Assembly: GCA_951406725.2 (NCBI GenBank)
Contig: OX597838.1
Span: 40,858,001 to 40,922,000 of the forward strand
DNA from: Octopus vulgaris
Taxonomy: Eukaryota
DNA length: 64,000 nt
Direction: 5' to 3'
Shown: positions 13,065 to 26,687 of the stretch, piece by piece
Layout of the letters: the number at the start of each line of letters is the position of its first letter
Numbering within the stretch: the first letter of the stretch is position 1
Notes under the pieces: model-generated
Databases searched by the model: none
The model's input: only the letters and a program-made list of their open reading frames with translations
What the model was told of the DNA's origin: nothing
Position numbers and translations under genes: made by a program

Positions 13065-14630
13065 GTTCAACTTTCAAAAATGAATTGGGTACAAATAATC
13101 CCTTACTTAAGAAAATTACAAAAAATAAAAAAGAAAAACCAAACAACCCACGAACAACCCCCAACTATCCTCCATACACTAAAAACAGAAATCACCCACA
13201 ACCAACCTTTGCAAACCACGCAAGACCTAACAGGGAACAAGCTGACAGACAACGCGTCTATGAAATAAATTACACCAAAAACAGAACACACCAACAATAT
13301 CCTAATACCAGACCCAACCACCATACAGCACAAAACGACACTAGAATAAGAAATACACCACACACAAGACGCTACTACCCCATAAACCAAAATTACTGGT
13401 CCCCACTGAACACAAGACAAACGCAAAAAAAAACACTATGTCAAGCAACATCCCATATACAAGCAGTTCGAAACAAAAATATTTCACATACAGAAATTTT
13501 ACACACACCACAAACAAAAACAACCATAGATTCCCACACACACACAACGATCGGGGGCAACAATACCACCATTCCCCCGACCCAATATCACACAACCTCA
13601 CAGACAACTCATACAAACAAAATTACACCCAACATTTTTTAGCCAGGGACCAGAGACACCAGGACACAGGCTGGAACCTAGTAATAAGGAAAAACCGAAG
13701 ATAATCAATCTTTCAACCAAACCTCTTTCTAACATAAAAATTGACATCCTCTCAAAAGGGCTCAAATTTACACCAACTCCACGCAGAGCCAACCTAAATG
13801 AAATCAAGGATAATATAACAGAATTTTGCAGAAAATTAAGACTAGCAGAAGCATCAACCAGTTTCAATACTGAAGATGAATCACTAGTTAAGAACAAAAG
13901 TGAACACATCCCACACAGAGGAAGAAATAAAGATCTTGACGAATTCTGTAACCACATTGAGAACTTTCCCTACCATACTATACATAAACAGAAAGTTAAC
14001 TCAAATTTTAACACTACACAATGGAAGGAACTGATAGAACTTCAAAATGATGAGGATATAACCATTAAGGAAGCAGACAAGGGAAATGCAGTTGTAATAA
14101 TGGATACATCATACTATAGAAATCTTGTAATTTCATTGCTTGAGGACGACCTACATTATGAAAAAATTACCAACTACACCCCACAAAAAATAATGAAAAC
14201 TCTATCTTCACTAATTAAAACCCATGAAAAGGAACTAACAACCAAAGAGATTGACTTTCTAACAAACTTTAAATGCAAACCTAGCCTTTTCTATGGTATT
14301 CCAAAAATTCATAAAAGCCAAATTATAAATGAAACCATTAAAAAATCACCAAAGACATACATACACACACCTAACCCGGGGGACCTAAAACTACGACCCA
14401 TTGTAGCTGGCCCAACCTGTGAAACACACAGACTAAGTCTATTTATGGACATCCTCCTGAAACCCTTCCTTAAACATATCGATAGCCATATCAGAGATGA
14501 CTTAGATATGTTAAACCACCTTCCAAAAAAGCCAAGGAAGAAACAATCCTGGTTTCATTTGATGTAGTTAACTTATATACCAGTATACCTCATAATTATG
14601 GACTAGAGGCAATGCAGTTCTGGCTGGACC
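13065..14630 (+). mobile_element. Penelope-like retroelement, N-terminal region and RT (3'-truncated, frameshifted)
   Basis: KIINLS..LSKGLKFTPTP, IKEADKGNAVVIMD, FYGIPKIHK, LRPIVAGPTCETHRLS, then FDVVNLYTSIPHNYGLEAM after a frameshift; these are PLE RT motifs. Confidence 0.9.
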
Positions 14631-15091
14631 TTTCTTCTAAACTATGTCATTGTAAGAGTAAAAATTTTTTTATATTCTTCAGACATATTGACTCAAATAT
14701 ATATTTTTTAACCTTTAAGCCTTCTGTAGTTTTTTCACTTTTTACTATTTTCTATATATTCAACCACGTGCTTTTACAAACCAACTTTCTTATATATATA
14801 TTTATATATATATATATATATATTTAGCAATTAAGGACAACTACTTAATAAGGAAAACTTAACAAGAAATTGTCAGGTAGATAGCGTAAGAACCTCATAA
14901 GAGAAAAAATTTCGAAAATAATTATTTCTTATTGAACATATTAATTTATATATAGAGGGCATTATATACATGCCAGAAGGCATTATACATACATGCCAAA
15001 CGCTAAGAGGGACAATTAGTCATTTCTACCAAAAATATTACTAATCCCACCGAATGCAATTTTTCAAAGTAAGACATTTAAAAAATATATA

Positions 15092-15137
15092 GACCTGTAT
15101 CACAGTGATTTCATACTTACGTACTCATCAGCAGGCC
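15092..15137 (-). ncRNA. Minimal type I hammerhead ribozyme (PLE-type, palindromic stem III)
   Basis: Minus strand reads GGCCUG CUGAUGA GUAC-GUAA-GUAU GAAA UCAC-U-GUGA UA^ CAGGUC. Confidence 0.8.
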
Positions 15138-15526
15138 TGAATGCATTATATATATATATATATATACATGTATAGTGAGTGCGTGTTTGTAAATGTACAC
15201 GTGTGTGTGTGAAATTCAGAAGTAAAACGCAAAAATCAGACTTTGCTGGAATTTCATGGACTTACATACATATGCATGTACATATGTATGTATGTATATA
15301 GGCACATATGTACACCCACCGTCAATAGGCTAGCAAGAACGGAGGCGATTGGACTCGTTTCGGCAATGTTTCATAGAAAATGAGAGAACCCTTTAGGCTA
15401 CAACCTTATACAAGTGGGGATGTACATGTGGCCCTGTGGTTAATGTGTTCGCTTGTCGAACACGTGGTTCCCTGTTAGATCCTACCTGCAACTATACATA
15501 CATACATCCATACATACGTGTGTGTG

Positions 15527-15582
<56 letters not shown>

Positions 15583-15701
15583 TGTGTGTGTATATATATA
15601 CAGATATAAACACATATATATATATACAGATATACACACACATACACACATCTGAACACATCTATATATATATACCCAAATCTCCAAATACACATGCATA
15701 T

Positions 15702-15910
15702 CTTTTAACTTTTACTTGTTTCAGTAATTAGACTGCGGCCATGCTGGAGCACTGCTTTGAAGGTTTTTAGTCGAATGAATTGACGCAGTAGCGTGGTACA
15801 TATTCAATCCATATCTTTTGCTGAACTGCTAAGTTACGGGGACGTAAACACACCAACAATGGTTGTCAAGTGATTTTGGGAGGCAAAGACACACATATAG
15901 CATACACATA

Positions 15911-15966
<56 letters not shown>

Positions 15967-16133
15967 ACAACGATGGGATTCTTACAGTTTTCGTCTACCA
16001 AATCCACTCATAAGACTTCGATTAGCCCAAGGCTAGAGTAGAAGAAACTTGTCCAAGATGCTATGCAGTGGGACTGAACCCGGAACCATGTGGTTGGAAA
16101 GCAAGCTTCTTACTACACAACCACGCATGCGCC
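15702..16133 (-). mobile_element. SINE family A, diverged full-length copy
   Basis: Colinear with 45289-45720. Confidence 0.85.
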
Positions 16134-16311
16134 TTTTTTCTTTTTCTACTGAAGTGAGAATATTTCAAAAGAATATCACAACACATATGTGTGTATATAT
16201 ATTTATATATGTATGTGTGCAGATACCGCGATATATATATTTATAAATCCTTAAATCCTTAAAAAATGTTTCAGCCCGAATGCTGCGGCCATGCTGGGGC
16301 ACCACCGTTGA

Positions 16312-16345
<34 letters not shown>

Positions 16346-16674
16346 ATTAATCTACAGACACTGAGCTTCCGCAAAGCTTCTGTTTATCAAATTCCACTCG
16401 CGATGTCATATCGAGGCTATGATAAAAAAAAATACACTTAGCTAAAAAATACTGTAATATGAATTGGGATCGAACCAGAGACGACATGGTTCGCACTTGG
16501 GAAACAAACTTCTTAATTGCGTGTCCATACCAGCATCAAGTAAGCATAAATTAAAAGTTAGAGCTGATCATTAAGCGCCCCTGAGGAGACGCGAAACCTC
16601 GCACCCTCTGACGATGGCGTTCACGCCCTCTTAATGAGGCTCGTGCATCTCTACTCATTTGTAAATAAAGAACG

Positions 16675-16739
<65 letters not shown>

Positions 16740-16744
16740 GAATT

Positions 16745-17105
16745 CAAAGAGCAGGCATGGCTGTTGTAAGAAACTTGCTTTGAAACCAAGTGGTTTTGAG
16801 TTCAATCCCATTGTGTGGCACCTTGCACAAATATCTTCACGTCTTCTGAGCGAATTTGGTAGATGGAAACTATGGAAGCCCGTTGTGTATGTATGTGTGT
16901 CATTATGTCTCTTTTTGCCACCCCACTACACCTTGACAACTGTGTTGGTTTGTTGACGTCCCCGTAACATTATCGGTTCGTTAAAAGTCACTGATAGAGT
17001 TAATACAAGACTTTAAAAGAAATACTTATGTCGAATTTTTCAGCTAGACCCTTCAAGGCAGAGCTCCAGCGTGGCCGTAGTCCAATGACTGAAACATGTA
17101 AAAGG
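16745..17105 (+). mobile_element. SINE family A, diverged
   Basis: GAGTTCAATCCC B box and CTCCAGCGTGGCCGTAGTCCAATGACTGAAAC tail. Confidence 0.75.
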
Positions 17106-19442
17106 AAATTACTTTAACCTCTGATTCTTGTTTTATTTATGTTGTTTTCTGCATTTGATTTATTTATTTTATATTATTTTACTTGTTTTGCTGATGTATT
17201 TATTTTATACTGTTTTATTAATTTATTCTCTTATTTTAGTCGAGATTTCTGGCTCAATATCTTATCTAAAAACTACAAATTTTGTATAAATTCTCTGATT
17301 GTCGTTAAAATGGCGCCCCTTGTAACTAAAAGCAAAAAGAACAAACAGAACTGATTTGTTTTCTAATTGATCCTATCAGCCAGCAATAAGCAGCACTGTG
17401 GCCGAAATGGCGAAGCCGCTTGCTTTGCAATCAACGTCTCCTGTTCGTTAACATCCAAATGTTTTATCTTTCATTGGACTGCAACCACACTGGGGCATCA
17501 CCTTGAAGGGTTTTAGTCGAACAAATCAACCCCAGCACTTTTTTGAAAAATACTCCGGTCCTTCTTTTATCGTTCACTATTGCTGAACTGCTAGGTTATG
17601 GGGGCGTAAACAAACTAACACCGGTTGTTCAAGCAGTGGTTGGGGACAAACACAACACAAAGACACATGTAAATATGACAGATATAGCCATTCCAAAAGA
17701 TAAACATATTTTTGAAATTTGAGAGTTCTTGGAATATCGATAAATTCAATTACAGTACTGAATCCGGAAGTCTAACGTTTCGTACTTCAGCCTTTTGTCA
17801 GACAACAGAGCTGCTGTTTTAATCTAATGGTACAGACACAAATATACACCGACATGAAATATCTTTGAACGAATGCCACCTCGATGGGCTAGGGTTAAAG
17901 AACAACGGATGCAGCAACAATAGCAACAACAACAGCTTTATCACGAATAGAAATAGAATAGGATTTTGATAATGGCGAGAACATTTATAGTTGTTTATTG
18001 GTTATTTAAGGTTTTTATTCTGATTTTTAATAGTAAATTTATGAAAATTCGTCGTTTAAAATGGAGCCATGAGTGTTTCCTTACAAGTAATCATTACCAT
18101 TATTGGATTTTATCAACATTGCGAGGTCAAGAGAAAGTCGTCTCATAAATTGCTCTTTAATAATCTGTTGTAATATAATCCACGTCATACATCTGTTTCT
18201 TTCTGTTTCTTTTTTTTTTCAATCACGGACCCACATTAACCAATAACATGACTGCAAAGAGATATTTGTGCGATTGCATAGCAGTAAATCTTTATTATTA
18301 TTTAATTCTGCCTGGAGACTGCCGCCGGCAGAAGGTAACAATCGGTCAGAGGTTCAATATCAACGGAGGGTCAGACTTTTTGATTTAGCTTCACCGCCGC
18401 CGCCGCCGCCGCCATTAGTTGCACTTCTTACACCGTTCTGGAATGATTTATATAACGAGTCTGCTAGTTCTCGCCCCCTTGGAAATAACAGTTTATACAT
18501 GCATACATATATGCATACACGCGCACACAGTCACACACACACACACACAGAGTCACAAACACAGAGTCACAAACACAGAGTCACAAACACACACAAACAC
18601 ACACACAGAGGAAAGGGAGTACAAAATAGCACCACAAACATGGCCCACCATCACAAACTAAGAGATCATGGATACACTGAGGACTACCAGTAACGGGAAA
18701 ACTCCAGGAATAGATAATATCCTCAAATTCTGGCTGAAAAACTCATCAGTACCCATACCTACATAACAGCATCATTTAATAAGCCAGCCAGTATCAACAT
18801 CAAACTGGATGCTTGAAGGGCAAGCCACTCTAATTCTCAAAACAAAGACACTGTACACCCACAAAATTATAGCATGCCTCTCAACAATGTACAAAACCCT
18901 CACAACGGTCGCCTATAACCGGCTTATAATACGCCTATAAAACAACAATGTTATACCAGAAGAACAAAAGGGCGCTGGAGAAGGATGTATGGTTGTAAGG
19001 AGCAACTTCAGGTAAAGTGAGCCATACTTGAAGACTGTGAGAAGAGAAAGACACACCTGAACATGTCTTGGATTGATTACTAGAAAGCATTCGATGGTGT
19101 TCCACACTCATGGATACTGGAATCTCTACACACAAAGTAGCTCCAACACTGTTAGAATATGTCAAACATGCAATGGCAAACTGGAAAACCAGCATACCAC
19201 TGAAAAATGAATCATAAATCATTAAACCTTGCCTCATACCCTTAAGAAGAGGGATTTTCCAAGAAAAATCGCTGTCGTATCTGCTTTTCTGCTTTGCTCT
19301 GGCCCCGCTGACAAACTAATAAAATGAAACCACCATGGGTTACAGATGCTATGGACAAATAATAAACCAACTCTTTTACATGGATGACTTTAACATTTTC
19401 ACTAAAAATATCACGGAACAGAGATACCTAGAAATTGTCCAT

Positions 19443-19606
19443 AGGTGTAGGAGTGGCTATGTGGTAAGTAGCTTGCTTACGAACCACATGGTTCAGGGAT
19501 CAGTCCCACTGCGTGGTACCTTGGGCAAATGCCTTCTACTATAGCCTCTAGCCAACCAAAGCCTTGTGAGTGGATTTGGTAGACGGAAACTGAAAGAAGC
19601 CCGCCG

Positions 19607-19668
<62 letters not shown>

Positions 19669-19897
19669 TGTGTGTATATGTTTGTGTGTCTGTGTTTGTC
19701 CCCCCAACGTCGCTTGACAACCGATGCTGGTGTGTTTACGTCCCCGTAACTTAGCGGTTCGGCAAAAAAGACCGATAGAATAAGTACTAGGCTTACAAAG
19801 AATAAGTCCTAGGGTCGATTTGCTCGACTAAAGGCGGTGCTCCAGCATGACCATAGTCAAATGACTGAAGCAAGTAAAAGAGTAAAAGAGAGTAAAG
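19443..19897 (+). mobile_element. SINE family A, full length, inserted in the LINE RT
   Basis: A box TGGCTATGTGGT, B-box variant GGATCAGTCC, internal (TA)n, AGTAAAAG tail; LINE reading resumes after it. Confidence 0.9.
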
Positions 19898-20820
19898 AAT
19901 TTCAGCAAGAAAATCGGGATGAGAATGGGGTTGGACAAATGTACCGAAGGAACACTGAGAAGAGGTAAATTAATCAGTACTTAAAACACTACACTCGGCA
20001 TAGACACAGAAATCAAGGAACTCGACCACAATCACCCACGCAAATATCTAGGAAAAGAATACAACTAAAATCAACTAGAATACAACATACAGAAATGAAA
20101 GAGGAAGTTAAGAGAGAATATTACAAAAGATTTAGACTAATACCAAACACTGAACTCAATGCTAAAAATAAGATAATAGGGATAAACCGGCTAGCCAGAC
20201 CAGTTATAAATTACAGCTTCAACATAGTAAACTTGAAGATCGGTGAATTGAGAAACTTTCAAAGAGCACACTGAAGTCACCACCCCAAAGCAGACACAGA
20301 ATATGTCTACCCTACTCAGAAGGAGTCCGTGGCCTGACACAGAGAGAGAACTACTATAAAATAACAACAGTTGGACTACCAAAGTACTTGGAAACAAAGA
20401 GTGGGAGACTACTATCTGTAATAAAGCAATACGAGAGAAAGAAAATAGATTTCTCTATACACAAGGAGGTGACAAAATACAAAACAGAAACGAAATACAC
20501 TGATAAACTGATCTCAGAAATGGTCAAAGCGGTAAAAAAAAATAACATGAAAACAGAACTACAAAGCAGAACTGGGGAGAAAAATTGCTCCGTGGTCAAA
20601 AGAACTGAGCCAAAGTAAAAACCAACAATGGCTCACAAGCTCTTGACTGGAAACTGAAACAGAAGCGCTTGATTCCAGCTGCACAAGACCAGTATGTATA
20701 GGAATAACTATAAGAACAAAATAATGAAAATAGGCCCCAACACCAATTGCAGAATGTGCATCCAGCACAATGAGGCAGTTGACCACATCATCTCTGGTTG
20801 TCCCAGTCCTCGCCAAATCT

Positions 20821-21012
20821 GATGGATCGTTAGCCCCTACACGCAATTTTTTTTCTCTCCTTGTTTCTTTTCTGTGTATCTTTCGGTCGAAGAGCGTAGG
20901 CTCGAAACGTAAAAGACTTGTTTTATTTATATTCCTGAGTGCCATACTAATACAATTGTTTGTTTGTACTCCACCTGCCTTCGTCTTTTGTTTATTTTCG
21001 TAAACCTTCCCG

Positions 21013-21015
<3 letters not shown>
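20821..21015 (+). mobile_element. Short hammerhead-bearing repeat (PLE-terminus-like); ribozyme motif 20879-20916
   Basis: UCUUU CGGUCGA A GAGC-GUAG-GCUC GAAA CG UA^ AAAGA; homologous to 45090-45270 and 55625-55790. Confidence 0.7.
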
Positions 21016-21043
<28 letters not shown>

Positions 21044-21047
<4 letters not shown>

Positions 21048-21283
21048 CGTGATTACCGTGACCGACCAGGCTCTCAGATGTTGCTACACATCGCTGGTCA
21101 CAATGAGTGAGAGAAAGTTGTGGCGAAAGAGTACAGCAGGGATCGCCACCATCCCCTGCCGGAGCCTCGTGGAACTTTAGGTGTTTTTGCTCAATAAATA
21201 CTCACGACGCCCGGTCTGGGAATCGAAACCGCGATCCTACGACCGCGTGTCCGCTGCCCTAACCACTGGGCCATTGCGCCTCC
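21044..21283 (-). mobile_element. tRNA-derived SINE family D
   Basis: Head GGAGGCGCAATGGCCCAGTGGTTAGGGCAG...GGTTTCGATTCCC followed by a non-tRNA body. Confidence 0.75.
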
Positions 21284-21304
21284 ACACACACACACACACA
21301 CACG

Positions 21305-21378
<74 letters not shown>

Positions 21379-22060
21379 TAAATGGTATAGACATGTGTCA
21401 AACAATGTACAAGACAACGACCAGGCCACAGATATCTGGGATATGCCTATTCAAATTGACAAAGAAATAAAAGCTAAGCCCCAAATATAATAATCAAGGA
21501 TTGGTATAAAAAAAACACCTGCTTGTTGATAGACATTGCAGTACCTTCTGACCAAAATATTGTCCAAAAATAAGTGAAGAAACTGTCAAAGTACAGACCT
21601 CGAAACTGAAGTAATCACGATGTGGGGCATGTAGGTGAAGACAATACCAGTAATAATTGAAGCATTGGGCATGATTTAAAAAAAACATATGAACAGAAAC
21701 GTAGAAGTACCTGGGTCCTCAACACAACACACTATCTAAAAAAAATAGCCCTGCTGGGAACAACCCAGATCCAACGCAAGACACTATCAATTCTCAATTA
21801 CACAGTGAAATAAACTTCCACCAGCAAGCTAGATAACCAGCGCATTACACACTCAACACACAATGCAAGCAGTAATACGACAAAAGATTGCTTCACACCT
21901 CAACACGAAAAAGTAGAACCAACACAATACAAAACCAGGAAGAGTTTTCACAGTCTCAACAACAGAAAAGGACACACAAAGTTGCACACATCCCAACAAC
22001 ACGGAGATGTAGCAGGTGATGCAGTAGAAATTTGCCTCGAACTACTAAATGTTGAGCAAT

Positions 22061-22103
<43 letters not shown>

Positions 22104-22105
<2 letters not shown>

Positions 22106-22659
22106 GCCCTGATGCAGTACCAGGCAGTGGCTCTCATGGCTTCTGATCTTAACTGATTGGAAGTGTTATCATGTACATTGATTTGTCTTGGTATAAAAGA
22201 TGGGCTACAGCAAATATTCTGCTCAATACCACAGATTTGCTTGTCAGTTGTTTGACCTTAATCAGTTGAGCATGTCCCTTAGTGGCTGACGATATGTGCA
22301 TCTCTGATCACGAGCAGAAGTAGTGGGGGAGCATCATAGCCATGTGTTGAGAGGGATTCTTTGGGGTTTGAATAATTCACCTCTGGAAACATGGGTGGTT
22401 CTTTCAATATCCTTAAACAACCCTTATTCAGGGACCTTTTGAGCGGGATGGGCTACTCAACCTGAAGAAAATTCTAACTAGGCCCCACCTGCAAGGTCAT
22501 GTGCTGTTTATCTTGATATGAGATCACCATGTCGCGCACATATGGTTGTGATGCATGTGCCTGGTGTACCTTTATCAGACGGGTAGTCATGATGGGTATA
22601 TTGGGCTTCGTATATTTTACCCCAGTGTCACTTTGATGGCATGCACTGCTCTCTCACTC

Positions 22660-22660
<1 letters not shown>
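22104..22660. mobile_element. Unclassified ~550-bp element inserted in (TAA)n
   Basis: Higher-GC non-coding block flanked on both sides by (AAT)n; class not determinable by eye. Confidence 0.45.
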
Positions 22661-22690
<30 letters not shown>

Positions 22691-22692
22691 GT

Positions 22693-22907
22693 AATCCTTT
22701 CTATCAAAGGCACAAAGCCTGAAATTTGGTGGGGAACGACTAGCCGATTACATCGACCCCAATTTTTCTCTGATACTTAATTTATCGACCCCGAAAGGAT
22801 GAAAGGCAAAGTCGACCTCGGCGGAATTAGAACTCAGAACGTAGCGTCTGGCGAAATACCGCTAAGCATTTCGCCCAGTGTGCTAACGATTCTGCCAGCT
22901 TGCTGCC
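22693..22907 (-). mobile_element. SINE family B, well preserved
   Basis: Minus strand GGCAGCAAGCTGGCAGAATCG...GAGGTCGACTTTGCCTTTCATCCTTTCGGGGTCGATAAATTAAG with (ATT)n tail; a second older copy lies at about 22944-23120. Confidence 0.85.
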
Positions 22908-22945
<38 letters not shown>

Positions 22946-23233
22946 CTTTTCTATTACAGGTACAACGCCTGAGGTTTTGGATGTGGGTTACGTCGATAAT
23001 ATGAGGTCCATGTGTTATTGACCTCGAAAGGATGAAAGACGGTGTTGATCTGTGTAGGGTTTGAACTTGGAACTTAAAAAGCCGCAAGAAAAACCGCTGA
23101 ATATTTACTCCGGCACTGTTTCTACTCGTTTTGTACAACTCATTTAGATTCCTAAATGTGACCGCATCATCCTTTAATCAGCAGTTTTTATCTCGTTATC
23201 AAATTGCATTCAACTGATTAAGCTGCAACGAGC

Positions 23234-23306
23234 ATCATCATTATTATTATTATTATTATTATTGTTATTATTATTTTTTTTATTATTATTATTATTATTA
23301 TTGTTG

Positions 23307-23341
<35 letters not shown>

Positions 23342-23387
23342 GTTGTTGTTGTTGTTATTATTATTATTATTATTATTATTGTTATTA

Positions 23388-23467
<80 letters not shown>

Positions 23468-23513
23468 GTTATTATTATTTTTATTATTATTATTATTATT
23501 ATTGTTATTATTA

Positions 23514-23548
<35 letters not shown>

Positions 23549-23605
23549 GTTGTTATTATTATTTTTATCATTATTATTATTATTATTATTGTTGTTGTTG
23601 TTATT

Positions 23606-23636
<31 letters not shown>

Positions 23637-23672
23637 TTATTATTATCATTATTATTATTATTGTTATTATTA

Positions 23673-23713
<41 letters not shown>

Positions 23714-23745
23714 GTTATTATTATCATCATCATCATCATCATATT
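23234..23745. repeat. (ATT)n microsatellite with GTT/TTT variants
   Basis: Direct inspection; source of poly-I and poly-L ORFs. Confidence 0.95.
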
Positions 23746-23918
23746 TTTTGCTTGCTTTGCTAATTCTTGTTTACGGTTATTGAGATTGTTTAATGTTGTT
23801 TTTGTTTGCTGTTTTTGTTTGATGTTGTTGTTTGCTAGTTGATTAAGTTTGTTGTTGTTGTTGTTTATGACGATAATTTTGTTTAGCATTTTTTCATATT
23901 TTTGTTTTACTGCTTTGC

Positions 23919-23954
<36 letters not shown>

Positions 23955-24619
23955 CAATGCTGCTGCGGTTGTGTGTTGTTTTGTATTTTTCTTTTTAAAT
24001 TCTTTTGAATTTCCTCGGATTTATTATTTCATGTCATCAACTGACAGCGAAACATATTTTATGGATGCGTGAGTGTCTGTGCGCATGCGCGCGCGCGTGT
24101 GTCTGTCAATGTGGGTCTGTGTGAGTTTCTATATCTGTGGGAGTGAGTGTACATTCGTGAGTGTATGCGTCGGTCTTGTTTCTGTGTCTCTTTCCGCCTA
24201 TGTATATGACCGTGCGTGTGTGTATGTATGTATGTGTAAGTGAGTGTATATGCAGATTACGAAACCATTAAAGAATTATCCTGGAATCCAGAAAGAGGCG
24301 GCTTTGAATGGATTGTACACGGCACATACTGTATGCTTACTTACAAACGTATACACACACATACACACACACACACAAACACATACACACACGTATAATG
24401 CACAAATACAAACCCACACCTAATATCTATCACTCATACATACATGTGTATATATGTATATATACACGCGTACGAACATATATGTATGATTATATCTGTG
24501 TATATGTATGTGTGTGTGAGTGTGTCTGTATGTACATGTAAATGTCTACAAGCATGTATGCGTGTATATATATATGTTCATGTATATAAGCTACATGTAT
24601 GTATGTCTGTATGTACGTA

Positions 24620-25200
24620 AAGGTTACACGGGGTATTTAGTAATTGATTAAAATATCCCTAGCAAAAACCAAATGTATCCAAACCAAACGCGTGCGTCGA
24701 TTTTCCTGATAAGCTTTCTTCTAAGATGGCTCTATGAATTTGTCTTCAACCTCGATGATTGCTTCAGTGAGGGGCCAGAATCATCGACATGCCAGAACTA
24801 AATGGTCCTTATTCATTTCGGACATCACCTGGACAATAGCAACCTTCAGTTAACCTATGATAGAATGGGGATGTCTGTTCGTCTCCCTTTGAACCACGCC
24901 CTAAACATAATAATCTGACGTCTCTGACGGGCAACGGGATCGCAAAGAATGTCTAACGGCCGTTCTTGGGTCACAAAAGAGAAACCGATTCTTGCAGAAA
25001 GATCTCTGGCCTTCCACTTTGTATTTGATCCAAACAGGGTAGACCCGCTGTCTCCAGCACCACGACGAATTAATGCTAAGACCCAGCAGAATTCATTCTA
25101 AGACCCTGTGGAACGATGTGGGATAGCATAACATCACCTTCGTTCCTTACCATTCCTAAAACCACTCAGTATCTGTCGAAAAAATTCACTAACAAATTTC
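24620..25200 (-). mobile_element. Tc1/IS630-family transposase relic (C-terminal part)
   Basis: Minus strand reads DYYV*GVVQRETNRHPHS..LKVAIVQVMSEMNKDHLVLACRRF...EAIIEVEDKFIE. Confidence 0.7.
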
Positions 25201-25382
25201 TGGTCGGGTCGGAGCTATAATAGAATATACTCGCCGCACAGTGGGACTGAACCCGAAACATAGTGGTTGCAAATTGACCATCTTAACCACACAGCCGTAT
25301 GTATGTGTATATATGTATGCATGCATGTATGTATGTATATCTATGTATGCATGCGTGTATCTATGTGTTTATGCATGCATCC

Positions 25383-25414
<32 letters not shown>

Positions 25415-25904
25415 GTGTGTGTGCATGCGTGCATGTATGTATGCGTGAACATATGTGCGTATGTATGCATGCATGTATGTGTGTATGTATGTGTGTTTGT
25501 ATGGATGCATGTATGTATGCGTGTATAATGTGTGTATGAATATATGTACGTATGTATGTGTTTATTATGTGTGTATGTTGGTATTATGTGTGTATGTATG
25601 TATTATGTGTGTGTGTATGCATGTATGTATGTATGTATGTATGTATGTATGTATGCATGCAGACATATACATCCATAGAAATATTAAATTCTGCAAATGT
25701 GAGGCAGTTTGCCAGCCATTATTGATTCACGCAGTTGATTGCAGAATCGGTGCAAAGCCAGACATACAGAACAAATTGTTTCTCTCTTTTAAATATTTTA
25801 CCAGAAACACTCTTCTCCGAGTAGTTTTCAGCTAATTTGGGTAACATGTATTTTCTTCCCTCATTGCATATCACGAACTGTATATTTGAATAGATCATTG
25901 TTTT

Positions 25905-25952
<48 letters not shown>

Positions 25953-25953
<1 letters not shown>

Positions 25954-26270
25954 TTTATTTAAAGCAGCAGAAAATTCAACAAAATCTGTTACTCTGAGTT
26001 TCTCGTTGCCGTTCCTCAGACAGTTTTTGCTAGAATGGAACCGATATATCAATTCAATCTAGACTCTTACAAACGCTACACCTTTAAAAAGAAATGGACT
26101 TGTTTGATTGGCCCTTTAGAAAAAAACGGTCAATCTTCGAGCGATAAACAAAAAGGTCAAAAATATATGTATATATATATAAAAAAACTTATAAAAAATT
26201 ATAAAATCCGAGGAAAAAACCTTACATTGAATAAAATACATATTGACGTTAATGAAGAAAGTATAAATTA
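25953..26270 (-). repeat. PLE pseudo-LTR copy 1 with type I hammerhead (25986-26023)
   Basis: Direct repeat of 27916-28245; minus strand CUGU CUGAGGA ACG-GCAA-CGA GAAA CUC-A-GAG UA^ ACAG; ends in AATAAAG then (TA)n. Confidence 0.8.
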
Positions 26271-26687
26271 ATTCATAGGAATTAAACCTGTTATAAATAT
26301 TACACTGCAATGCATATTTTTATTAAAATGTGCATATATATATCAACATACACAAAAAGGATGCGCGCCAACGCCATACATATACAGACGTATGAATATA
26401 AATCTAAATATACACGTAAATGCATGTGTACATATATTCACGCAAACCATCTCGCGCGCAAGTTAAAAATCATGTATGTAGCGATTCTCATATACTGAGT
26501 AAGGGGGGGGACGAAAGAAAGGAAGAGAGAGAAAAAGGAACGAAGGAGGGGTGGGGAAAAAAACGAAATAAGAAAAAATTATGTATACAAGCTGTGTAAC
26601 GGCATTATTGGCATATATGGAGACAAGTATACAAACACAATTTCGAATGGATACATACACATACAATCGTGTATATGTGTGCTTAAG

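Larger units (their letters stand above)
18690..21790 (+). mobile_element. Decayed R4/Dong-like RLE LINE, interrupted by three insertions
   Basis: Fragments YGCKEQL, WIDY*KAFDGVPHSWI, RRGIFQ, QLFYMDDFNIF, IGMRMGLDKC, TELNAKNKIIGINRLA, CRMC..HNEAVDHIISGCPVLA (CCHC), IWDMPIQIDKEIKA, TCLLIDIAVPSDQNI, IPVIIEALGMI. Confidence 0.85.

Noticed and set aside
18240-18478. Minus-strand exon GRELADSLYKSFQNG...LTLR followed by UGA-Tyr-UGA and further open codons (selenoprotein or readthrough idea)
   Set aside because: No SECIS or homology recognised. It could be an ordinary last exon or chance; not supportable without transcripts.
21208-21283. tRNA gene
   Set aside because: A and B boxes are present but the acceptor stem does not close and it runs into a SINE body; the same holds for the other SINE heads.
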